A stretch of DNA of 64,000 nt, taken from positions 1,860,001 to 1,924,000 of the forward strand of contig JABVCE010000002.1 of NCBI GenBank assembly GCA_014905635.1, given 5' to 3'. Below, one piece after another: positions 13,067-24,451 of this stretch. This stretch comes from Scenedesmus sp. PABB004 (taxonomy: Eukaryota). The notes under the pieces were generated by a model. That model was given only the letters and a program-made list of their open reading frames with translations. It was not told the DNA's origin and did no database searches. Each line of letters opens with the position of its first letter. Position 1 is the stretch's first letter. Made by a program: the position numbers and the translations under genes.

Positions 13067-14320
13067 ATGGACGGCAAGCGACCGCGCGCTGCGTCACTGA
13101 CAACGCGAACGGCAGCGATGGAGGGCGCGCCAGGGGCGCCCGGCGAAGGTGCGGGCAGTGATGTGCGGGGCAGCACGGTGGCCGCACACCGCGCCCCGCG
13201 GGCCTGTGCGGGCGTGCCGACGGATGTGTGACATGTCGGCCTGCCGCCCACACGCAGGCGGCGCGGCGGCGCCGGCGCCAGCAGCGGCGGCGCCGGCGGC
13301 AGCAGCGGCGCGTGCGCCCGCCGCCGGCGAGGCCGAGGCGCCCGCGCCGAGCGTCGGCGAGGTGCTGCAGGACGCCAACCTGCTCAAGGCCATCTTCGCG
13401 GCCCTGGACATCTCCGACCTGTGCGCGGCGGCGTGCACGTGCAGGCTCTTCAACCAGGTGCGCTCGCCACCCCAAGCTCGCCGCCACCAGACCTGCCCCC
13501 GCGCGCAGCCAGCGCAGCAGCTCACGGTGCACCGCTCGGCACCAGGTCGGCAACTCGGACGACTTTTGGCGCCACATCAGCTTCAAGGACCGCACCGTGC
13601 GCGGCGCCCAGGTGCGGCCGCGTGATGCGCCGGCGCTGCCGCCGCGCCCGCCGCAGCTGCGCGCTGCGCCCCACGCGCGCCGCCGTCGCCGCGCGCGCGC
13701 AGCTGGTGGCGCTGCTGTCGCGGCACCGCTGCGTGGAGAGCCTGGACCTGTCGGGCGTGACGTGCGGCCTGGGCGACGCGGGCCTCTTCTGGCGGCTGCG
13801 CCCCAGCCTCGCCCGCCTGGCCACGCTCTCGTTCCGGCACGGCCCCGGCTGCGAGGCCGCGGTCACGGACGGCGTGCTGCTGCAGCTCCCGAGCGTGCTG
13901 CCGGGCCTGCGCAGCCTCTCGCTGCACCGCGTGCGCCTCGCCGGCGGCGGCGCGGGCGGCGGCGCGCCGCTCACGCACACGGGCCTGACCGCGCTGTCGC
14001 TGACCGAGTGCGACGTGCAGGCGCTGCAGCTGCGCTGCGAGGCGCTCGTGGCGCTCACGCTCTCGGGCAGCCAGCTCCAGCGCCTGCCGCCGCTGTCAGA
14101 CTGCACCGCGCTCGCGCGCCTCGACGCGCGCGGGTGCAAGAAGCTGCAGGACGGCAGCATCCGCGCCGCGCTGCCCATGCTCACGGGGCTGGAGGAGCTC
14201 ACGCTCGGGCAGGGCGTGCCGGTCTCGGACGACACCGTGCGCGAGGTGCGCGCCGCGCCGCGACGGCTGGCGCGGCGAAAGGCATTTTCTGTCGCGCGTC
14301 GCGCGGGCCCTGACGCCGCC

Positions 14321-14351
<31 letters not shown>

Positions 14352-15521
14352 AGCTGGCGACGACGCTGACGCGGCTGACCTCGCTCACGCTCTCCGACAC
14401 GCCCGGGCTGTCGCTGGCGGGCGTGCGAGACTTTCCCGCGCTGCGCGCGCTCGACCTGTGCCGCTGCGAGAGCTTGACGCCCGCGACGCTGCAGCCGGCG
14501 GTCGAGAGCTGCCGCGCGCTGCGCACGCTGCTGCTGGACGGCTGCCACATGGTCACTTCGCTCAAGCTGCACTGCCCGCAGCTCGAGGTGCGGCTGGCGG
14601 GGCGCCCAGTTGCGCGGCTCGTGGCCGAAGCCTCTCGGCGCCGGCGGCGCCGCGCGTCACCCTGCCCGCCGCCGCCGCCGCCGCCGCCGCCGGCAGGAGC
14701 TCTCGCTGCGCGGCTGCGCCGCGCTGTCCGAGCTCGACGTCCACGCCTGGCGCCTCGCGCGCCTGGGCCTCGGGCCCGTGTCTCGCGGCGCGCCAGGCAA
14801 CGGCGCGCTGGCGCGGCTTAAGCTCTATTCAGGCGCGCTGCGGCGCCTGGAGTGGGTGCAGTGCAGCAAGCTGGCGGCGCTGGAGCTCGACCTGCCGCAC
14901 CTGTCGGAGCTGGTCGTCCGCGACTGCGACGCCATCTCGCCCGCGGCGCTCGAGGCGCTCGGCGACAAGGGCCCCGCGCCGGCGCCCGCGCCGGCGCTCG
15001 CGGCCGCCGCGGTGCGCGGGCCGAGCGGCGGCGGCGGCGGCGGCGGCGGCCGCCGCCCCGGCAGCGGCAAGCTGCGGCCCTGCGGCAGCGGCGGCGGTGG
15101 CGCGACGTGGCAGGGCGAGGCTGACGTGGACATGGGCAGCCCCCGCTTTGCCGGCCTGAGTGGGGACGAGGGTGAGGAGATGCCGCAGGCCGCGGAGCAG
15201 GACCCCAGCAGCAGCGACAACGACGGCGACGAGGGCGACGGCGGCGGGCGCGGCGGCGCGCAGCTGCGGCGCCGGTGGGGCCCTGCCGCAGCGGCCGCGG
15301 CGGCGGGCACACCCGGCAGCGGCGGCGGCGGCCTTGCGGGCTGGGCCGCGCCTGGCGCATGGCCGGGGGGGCCGCGGCGGCGAGCGGGGCCGCACGGCGC
15401 CGACGACGCGGGCGCGCACGTCGCTGGCGGCGGCGGCGGCCCTACGGCCGCCGCGGCGCCGCAGCAGCCGGCGGCGCGGAGCAGCCGGGCCCCGGCTCGC
15501 CGGCTCGCGCAGCCGTCAGGC

Positions 15522-15568
<47 letters not shown>

Positions 15569-17807
15569 GCAGCAGGCGCAGGGGCTGGACCACGCCGACC
15601 TGCTCCGCGTGTTTGGGCAGCAGGAGGAGGATGAGCCCGACGCGGGCTGGGCGGACGCCGCCGCGGCGCTCGACTCTGCGCTGCTCGACCTGAGCGATGC
15701 GGATGACGGCGATGACGAGTCCCCCGAGGTCGCGCCGCAGCAGCTGTTCCAGGGCCGGCCGCGCGGCGCGGGGCAGCCGGCGAGCGGCAGCGGGCTGCTC
15801 GGCCGGTTCTGGCGCCGCGGCAGTGACGGCGCTGGCAGCTCCAGTGCGGCCACGGCCGCGGGCGCGCACGTGGCGGGGCTGCAGCAGGCGGCGCCGCCGG
15901 TGCAGCAGGCGGCCGCGGCGGAGACTGCGGCGCAGCCGTCGCGGTTCAGGGCCCTCAGAGGAAGAGCGCGGCTTGCCACGATGCGGTCTGCCCGCCGTGG
16001 CGGCGGCGGCTCTGGCGGCGGCGACGGGAGCGGCGACGGCGGCGGCAGCGACGGCGGGGCGGCGGCGGCGGCGGCAGCGGCGGCGGCGCCGGGGGCGGTG
16101 GAGGCAGCGGCGGCGGCTCAGCTGGAAGCGGCGGCGGTGGCGGCGGAGTGCCCGCGCTTCGCTTTCTGCGCGTGGAGGGCTGCGACGGCCTTCAGCGGCT
16201 GAGCCTGCGGCACAGCGGCCTGGAGGCGCTGTCCGTGAGCGGCTGCGGCAGCCTGGCACAGCTGGTGCTGCACGCGCCGTCGCTGGGGCGGCTGGAGCTG
16301 GAGGAGGTCGGGGAGCTCGCCGCGGTCAGCCTGCAGCAGGTGCGGGGCCGGCTGGGGAGGGGCGCGGGCGGCGCACGCGCGCGCTTGTTGCGCGGCGCGC
16401 CGCCGCCACGCCCGCCCGACCTGCCGTGCCCGCGCGCACGCCTCGCGCCGCCAGGTCGGCCTGCCGCGCCTCTCGCTCGGCGGCTGCAGCGGGCTGGCCG
16501 GCCTGGAGCTGAGCAGCCCCGTGCTTGCGCGCCTCGACCTGCGCGGCTGCGGGGCGCTGCAGCAGCTGCTGCTCGACTGCCCCGCGCTCGCGCTGCTCGA
16601 CGCGACCTTTTGCCGCGGCCTCGGCGACGCGGGCCTCGCCGGCGCGGTCGCGGCCGCGCCGCCGCTCACGGCGCTCGTGCTGTCGGTGTGCTGTTGCGTC
16701 GGCGACGCCGGCCTGTCGGCGCTGTCGTGCCTCGCCGCGCTGCGCGAGCTCGACCTCTCATACACCGAGGTCACCCGGCTCGACGCCGTCTACGCGTCCT
16801 GCCCCCAGCTGCAGCGCCTCAGCCTCGCGAGCTGCCGCGGCCTCGCGCGCGGCGCGCTCGCGCCGCTGCTCGCGCCCGCCGACCCCGCGCTGCCGCGCCT
16901 GCGCTCGCTGGACGCGAGCTACGTCAGCCTGGACGAGGCGACCGCCGCGGCGCTCGCGGCGCGCTGCGGCCGGCTCACGCACCTCGCGCTCAACGGCTGC
17001 GCCGGCGTGACGTGCGCGCTGTGGCGCGCGCTCGAGGCGGACGGGCTGGCGGCGCTCGCCGCCGCCGGCGGCCGCGGCGCGGGCGCGCCCGCCGGCGCCG
17101 ACCCCGACGCCGGTGCCGGCGCGCCGGGCGACGGCCGGCTCGAGTCGCTGAGCCTCGTGCGCTGCGGCCGGCTGCGCTCGCTGTGCCTGGGCCTGCTGCC
17201 GGCGAGCGGCGAGGTGGAGGTGCTGCAGGCCAAGCACTACCTGCTCCGGGGCGACCGCGCCGCGCTGCACGCGCGCGCGGGCGGCTACGCGTGGACGCCT
17301 TCGGCGCACAGCGGCGCGGCGGGGCTCACCAGCCTGCGCGTCGGGCTGTCGGGCGTGCAGGCGGTCGCGCTGGCGCTGCCGCGGCTCGTGTCGTTCGACG
17401 CGAGCGCGTGCGGGCACCTGCGCGTGCTCGAGCTGCGCTGCCCGCTGCTGCTCACGCTGCACCTGCAGGCCTGCCGCGCGCTGCCGCTCTGCGGCCTGCT
17501 GCAGGCGGCGGCGAGCTGCGCGCGGCTGCAGAAGCTGGACGTGCAGCACGTGCTGCCCGGCGGCGGCGGCGGCGGCGGCGCGGCCAGCGCGCGCAGCGCC
17601 GAGGGCGGCAGCGGCAGCGGCGGCGACGAGGAGCCGCCGCGCGGCCTCGCCGCGGCACTCCGCGCGTGGCCGGGCGCGGCGTGGGGTGGCGGCGCCGGCG
17701 CGGCGGCGCTGCACGGCCTGCTGGACGAGCTCTGCGCGGCGCGGCCGGCGCTGCAGGTGCTGCGCTGCCCCGTCGGCTGCGCCGCGTGCTCGCGCGCCGC
17801 GCTCTGA
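13067..17807 (+). CDS. F-box/leucine-rich-repeat protein (FBL15-like architecture)
   Basis: F-box-like LQDANLLKAIFAALDISDLCAAACTCRLFNQV...FW, then many Cys-containing LRRs (LxxLDLxxCxxL); long low-complexity insert ~14960-16140; 1-nt frameshift near 16152. Confidence 0.82.
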
Positions 17808-18357
17808 GTGCGCTGGCCTCGGCGATCGGTGGTTGGCGGCTGCGCGGGGGTGCGGCCGCCGGCGCTTTGTGACGGGCCGCGCCGGGCGTCGCGACCGCCG
17901 CCGGTGCCGCCGCTGCGCCATACCCTCGCCGACTGTGCCGGGCAGCTCCAGATCGCCTCCCAGGCCCCGTGCAGAGCTGCCACCGCAGTTTGAGACACCA
18001 GCCGGGGCGCGGCCTCGTTGTGCTCTCCGCAAGCATCTCGGGCCTGGCTCGCCCGCGTGACAGGCAGGAGAGGACGCTGGGAGCGTCCAGCACGCTCGGG
18101 CGGTGAGCGCGGGCGCGAGCAGGGCGGGGTGCCACACGAGCAGCAGCTCCCGCAGCCTGGCGCGCGCCCCGGTGATGGCAGCCGCGATGGCACGGCGCCA
18201 TCGGGGCTGCAAGGACAGCAGCTCGGCGCCACGCGCAGGCGCCCGCCATGCAGCGCGGCGGCCCGCGCGGCGCGGACGGCGGCGCCCGCCGCTGCCGCGC
18301 GCCCACGCCCGCGCCCGCGCCGCCGGCCGGCCCCGCGCAGCCGCAGCGGCGGGCGCC

Positions 18358-19289
18358 ATGCACCGCCAGGCGGCGCTGACGGTGGTCAAGGCCACGTCGC
18401 GGCTCAAGGTCCTCGCGGAGCACACGCGCCGCTCGAGGGCGGAGGCCGACGCCGAGAATGGTCTCGCCGGCGACGCCACCGCGTCGATGGTGGACTCGGA
18501 GTCGCTCGCCGGCGGCTCGCCGGTGTCGCGGCCCATCACGCCGATGTCGCGGCCCATCACGCCGATGTCGGACGGCTACGCGAGGAGCGGCGCCACCACG
18601 CCGCTGCTGCGGTCCTGCATGTCGTCGCCGTTCCGCAAGCCCGAGCTGCCGTGGTGGTCCAAGGACGCGGTCGCAGGCGCGCGGCGCCGGCGCCGGCGCG
18701 CGCGCGGCGCGCAAGCGCAAGCGGCTGAGCGGCGCCGGCCGCCGCGGGCCCCGCCCGACCCGCCGCCGCCGCCTCTGCCGCGCCGCAGTCAAGGAGATGC
18801 TGCTGTCGAGCCGGCTCAACGTGCTCATGGTCTGCGTGCCGCTCGGCATCGCCGCGCACGTGTGCGCCTGGGGCGCGACGCCCGTGTTCCTGCTGGTGCG
18901 CGGCGCGGCGCCGGGGCGCGGCGCTGACGCAGCCGCCGCCGCCACGGCAGCACCGGCAGTGGCGGGCGCCCGCCAGCCCCGCCGGCCGGCCCGTGCCCGC
19001 CGCCGTGTCACCCCCGGCCGCCGCGCCCGCCGCCGTGCCGCCTGGCCCTGCCCGCAGAACTTCCTCGCGCTCATCCCGCTGGCGCTGCTGCTGGGCGACG
19101 TGACTGAAGACCTCGCGACGCGCTTCGGCGACACCGTCGGCGGCCTGCTCAACGCAACCTTTGGCAACGTGGTCGAGATGATTCTCAGGCACGAGCACCT
19201 GCAGCACAGCGCGCACAGCGCGCCGGCAGCGTGGCGGCGCCGGGACGCGCTGCGCGGCGGCGCACGCCCGACCCCGCGCGGCCCGCCCC

Positions 19290-19335
<46 letters not shown>

Positions 19336-20989
19336 GCAGCATTGCGGCACTGCAGCAGGGCTTGTACACGGTCGTCGCGACGAGCTTGCTGGGCAGCATC
19401 CTGTCCAACCTGCTGCTTGTCCTCGGTGCGCGAGCTGCTGCCGACCAGCGCCGCGCGGCTCGGCCGTCGGCGCCGCGCGGGTCGGCCGCCCACGCCGCGC
19501 CGCGCCGCGCCGCGCAGGCTGCTGCTTTTTGTTCGGCGGCATTCGGTACAAGACGCAGACGTTCAACGCCGTCGCCAACCAGGCGACGAGCAGCCTCCTC
19601 TTCCTCTCCTGCATCGGCATCATCATACCCACCGCGGGTGCGGCCCGACCGCGGCGAGCCTCGGGCCCCGGCTGTGGCGCGCCGCCCGCCGCGCCGCCCG
19701 CGCCGCGCCGCCCACGACGCCGCGCCGCCGCCGCCGCCGCCGCCCACGCCGCCGCCGCCGCCGCCGCGCGCACGCCGGTCTGCGCAGCGGTCCAGCTGTC
19801 CAACCCGGACGAGGTGGGCAGCCAAGACCTCATCGACATCAGCCGCGGCACCGCCGTCGTCATGCTGCTCGTGTGAGCGACCGCGGCGCGGGCAGCGCCG
19901 CTCCCTCGCACCTCACCACCCACGTGCCCACCCACCCACCCACCCACCCACCCACCCACCCACCCACCCACCCACCCACCCACCCAAACTCACGCACGCA
20001 CATGCCGCACGCGCACACGCCCGCGCGCGTCCGGCAGCTACGCGGGATACCTGTCGTTCCAGCTCGTCACGCACCACGACACCTTCAAGGGCGACGACGG
20101 CGACGAGGAGCCGATCATGTCGCTCCCCGGCGCGCTGTTCGCGCTCAGCGCCATCACCGCGATGGTCGCGCTCGCGTCAGAGTGCGGCCGCCGCGCCGCG
20201 CCGCGCCGCGCCGCGCGCGCGGCGGCCGCCACCTCGCCCTCCCCGCCCCGTCGTCGCCGCCCCGCCGCACCTTCCCAGCCCGCCCCGCCCGCGCCCACCC
20301 GCGCCCGCGCCTGCCCCGGCCCCGCAGGTACCTGTGCTCGAGCATCGTCGAGTTCAGCGCCGCGAGCGGGCTGAGCCAGGCGTTCCTGGGCATCATCGTG
20401 CTGCCCATCGCGGGCAACGCGTGCGAGCACATCACCGCCGTCGTGGTCGCGTGCAAGAACAAGATGGACCTCTCCCTCGGCGTCGCGGTCGGGTCGAGCA
20501 TACAGATCGCCATCTTTGCGATACGTGCGCCGCCGCGGCGGCGGGGTGGTCCCTAGGGCGCGCGCGCGCGCGCGGGGCGAGGGAGCGGCGCGCCGCGCAG
20601 GGCAGGGGCGCGCCGCCGCGCTGCGCTGCGCACGGCGCGGCGCCTGACGCCACACACCGCGCGGCGCGGCGCAGCGTTTGTGGTCATCGTCGGCTGGGTG
20701 ACGCACCACGACTTCACGCTCGACTTTGACCCCTTTGCCACGCTCGCGCTCACGGTGCGCGCCGCGCCGCGCCGCGCCCGGGCCGGGCCGGGGTCGGCGC
20801 GCTGCGACGCCCGCCGGCCTTGACCGCCGCCGGCCTGACCGCCGCCCGCGGCCGCCGTCGCGCGCGCGTCAGGTGAGCGTGATCCACGCCAACGTGGTGA
20901 CCGCGGGCGCGCACAGCCACTGGCTCATGGGCTACAGCCTGATTGCCAACTACGTCCTCATCGCCCTCGTCTTCTTCTTCAAGGGCTGA
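18358..20989 (+). CDS. CAX: CAX-type vacuolar Ca2+/H+ exchanger
   Basis: Spliced motifs [58 protein letters not shown] and [21 protein letters not shown]; stop TGA 20987-20989. Confidence 0.93.
19927..19986. repeat. (CCCA)n-type microsatellite in a CAX intron
   Basis: Tandem CCCA/CCA run read directly. Confidence 0.85.
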
Positions 20990-21730
20990 ATGAAGGAAGG
21001 AGGGCTGGAGGGAGGGCTGGAGAGAGGCCGGAGAGGGGCTGAAGATTGGCCCTGCGCCGGCCGCGCGGCGCGGCGGGCCCGCCGGCTCGAGCCCGGCCCG
21101 GAGGCAGCCGGCAGCGCCCGCCCGAGCGCGCGGCGGGGCTGGTGCAGCTCTCCCTCTCTCCTCTCTCTCTGGGCGCGCGGGCGGCCAGCGCGGGCGGCTC
21201 CCGAGCGGCGCGCGCGCGGCGACGCGGCCCCAAGCTGCAAGGGCGGCAATGCGCGATCTGACCACGCGAGTGGGGGCGGGGGCCTCACATGGTGCGAGCA
21301 TGCCTGCACTTCGTTAAACCCTTGAAACGGTCGCTGGCTCGCCGCGCGGTGCGTCGCGTGACGTGCGCTGAACCGCGCTGAACCGCGCTGAACCGCCCGC
21401 GCTTCAGCTCGGCCGGCGCGGCAGGGCACCCTCACACAGCACCCCCTCGCGCAGGCAGCCCCGTGCCCGCCCTCGCGCAGCGCACCGATCGGCCCGCCGC
21501 CGCCGAAGCTGCCGCCGCCGGCGCGCCGCTGCGCAAGCCAGTCCAAGGGCGTGCGCATGCTGGCCCTCCGTGGCCTCTGCCCTCCGTGGCCTCGCCCGCC
21601 GAGCAGGCCGCGCAGCAGCAGCGCGCGCGCAGCTGCATCCGAGGGCGGCGCCTCGCGCCGCCGCCCGCCGCGCCGCGCGACCCCGCCGCAGCCGCCAGCC
21701 GTGTTCAGCGACCCGCCCGTGGCACAAGCA

Positions 21731-24366
21731 ATGGCCAGCGCCGCCGCCGGCGGCGCCGCCTTGCGCAGCGGCGGCGGCGGCGCGCCGAGCGGCGGCGGCG
21801 CGCCAGCTGGCGGCGCCGGCCGGCGGCCGCTGGTCGACCACGCGCTGGGGCTGCTGCAGCAGCGCCTGCGCGACGACGCGACGCGGTCCGGCCGCGAGCC
21901 GGCGCCCGGCGAGGTGGAGGCCGAGGCGGCGGAGCTGCTCACGGCCGAGCACCTGTCGCAGCTGCAGGACGTGTGGGCATGGCTACACGAGAAGCTCTAC
22001 GGCCTGCGGGTGCGCACGCGCGCGAGCGCGGCAAACGGACCAGCCCGCGCCCACTATCAGCGCACAGCGTGCGCCGTTGAGGCCCTGCCGCTGCCGCTCG
22101 CGCAGATCCTTGCCAGCCTCGGCGCCAGCCACAACGAGTCTGAGGTTCTCTTCCTCGACCCACGCACGCCCGCCGAGGCGACGCTGAGCGCCGGGGACGC
22201 TCCCGCGGTCTCGGTCGCGCAGCACGTCGCGGCGACGCACGGCTGGGCCCCGCGCAGCCGGCGCTGCCGTGCGTGGGCGTGCCGCTCAGCGCGAAGCGGC
22301 GTGCTGAGCTGGGGCCGGACGCGGAGGAGCGCTCCTATCTGACGTACCCGATGGAGGCCTGCAGGCGCGGCGCCGCGCGCTGCCACCGCTGCACGCGTGG
22401 CGCACGCGCGGTGCGCGTGGGTGTGGCGCATCGCCACACAGCCCCGCCCCGCCCCACTCCACACCCCACGCGCCGCAGCGTGCGGCTCAGCGCCGGCGGC
22501 GTGCCGCAGGAGCGCACGCCGGGCGGCAGCGTGCCGCTGAGGCTGCCGCCGAAGCGCATCGCCGCCATTGGCCGCGACGTGGAGGTGCCGGCGGCCATCG
22601 CGGACCTGCTCAACAGCCGCTTTGAGCGCGAGCACGCCAAGGCCAAGGCCGAGCCCGTGCAGGGCGCCGCCACGGCGCCAGGCCCGGCCGCCGCTGGCGG
22701 CGGCGCGCGGCCCAGCTCCAGCGCCAGCGCCAGCGCGCCGGCGTCGCCGCGCGCGCTGCCCGGCCGCGGCGCGGTCAACCAGGGGCTGCGCCAGCTGGCC
22801 GCGCGGCTGTACCTCGCCGACGGCGAGGAGAGGCGGATGAAGGCGGTGGTGGAGGCCGTGGCCAAGGCGTGCCACGCCGTGCCGCCCCGGCGGGAGTGGC
22901 GCGTCGCCCGCGTCGTGCCGGCGGGCTCGCTCGTCAAGAGCACCGCGCTGCGCGGCGCGTGCGTACGCAGCGCGCGCGCGCGCGCGCGCACACAGCTTAG
23001 CGGATGCCTGCTCGCGGCGCGCGCGGCCTGCGCCGGGCGCGCCGTGTGAGCGCGCGCCGCCGCGCCGGCTCGGCCGCAGGTGTGACCTGGACGTCGTGGT
23101 ATTCCTCAACGTCTACGACCCCACCACGCGGCCCTTTGACGTCTGCCGCCAGGACCTGCTGGAAGCGCTGCACGCGCAGCTGACCGCGCCCGCCGCCAGC
23201 CAGGCGCCCGGCAGCGCGTCCGACCCCGCGCGCGGCTGGGAGCTGCGGAGCTGCCACAGCCACTTCTTCCTGCGCCTCGAGCACCCGGTGCTGCGGCTGC
23301 AGCTGGACGTGCAGGCGCGGCGCGTGGGCCGGGCCGCCCAGCGGCCAGCTGCGGTCGCGGGCTGACGCAGCCGCCGGCTGGCAGCTCACGGCCTCGCCGC
23401 GCGCGCGCCGGCGCCGGCGCTGCCGCCGCCGCAGGTGGCGGAGAGGTTTGGCGACGACAAGCACGCGCAGCGCGAGGCCCTGCTGGGCCCGCTGCTGGCC
23501 GCCGCGGACGCGCCGGACGCGCTGCCGGCAACCATCAGCCCGCAGCGCCAACGCGTCACTGACCTCAGCGAGCTGGTGCGATGTCCGCGAGCTCCGCGGC
23601 CGCCCGCGCCGCCGACGCCGCCCGGCGCACGCGCGACGCGCGGCCCTGCCCCGCCCCGCGCTCCGTGCAGATGGTCGAGGTTGTGACGGGCGTCGAGGCC
23701 CGCCAGCGCGCGCGCTGCGCCGCCGCGGGCGTGCCGTACGAGCAGGGCCTCGGCCGGCTGGTCACGGACGTGGTGCGCATCATCAAGGCCTGGGCCAAGC
23801 ACGGCCTCCCCGCCGCGCCAGGTGCCATCGCCGCGGCCGCGGCGCCCCCGGCGTACGTGCTGGAGATCCTCGTCGTGCACGCGCTCGAGCGCCGCCTGGC
23901 GCCTGGCGCGCCGGCGGAGCAGCCCGCGCCTGGCGCGCCGGCGGCGAGCGCCGCGCCCGCCGGCAGCCGGCCGTTCAGGCAGGAGGAGCCGCTGACACTG
24001 CTGCTCGCTGTGCTGGACGACCTCGCCGGCCTTGCGCCGGGCGCGCTGGGCGGCGAGGGCGGCGGCGGCGAGCCGCTATGGCGCATCATACTGCCGATCT
24101 TCTACACGCGCGAGCAGGCGCTCGCGTTTGCGCAGGTCTGGGGCAAGGGGCCGCTGTACGAGCCGGCGCTCGTCAACCCTGTCGACCCGACCTACAACTG
24201 CATTTCGTTCACGCCCTGGCGCGACGTGGCGGGGCTCGCGCGCGCGGCGGGCGCGCTGCGGCGCGCGCTGCTCGACGCGGCGGCGGGCGGCCAGGCAGGG
24301 GCGTGGGAGCGCGTGCTCGCGGCCAGCACGCTCGGGCCGGCGTGGGAGGCATTCGCGCCGCGCTGA
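21731..24366 (+). CDS. OAS-like (2'-5'-oligoadenylate synthetase family) nucleotidyltransferase with putative N-terminal PAZ domain
   Basis: Exons 21731-22009, 22106-22364, 22479-22958, 23080-23314, 23435-23575, 23671-24366. Spliced VVPAGSLVKSTALRGACDLDVVVFLN, LQLDVQVA, VVRIIKAWAK, PPAYVLEILVVHALE and PALVNPVDPTYN match OAS motifs. N-terminal LYGLRI...TPAEATL...SVAQHV...QPALPCVGV...YLTYPMEACSV resembles PAZ. One extra base is needed in the C-run at 22248-22251. Confidence 0.85.
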
Positions 24367-24451
24367 GCCGGGCTGTAGGCGGCCAGGGTGCAAGTTGCCG
24401 CGCGGCCGAAGCGTGGCACCGCTCGCACACCGCGCCCACGCCTCCGCCGCG

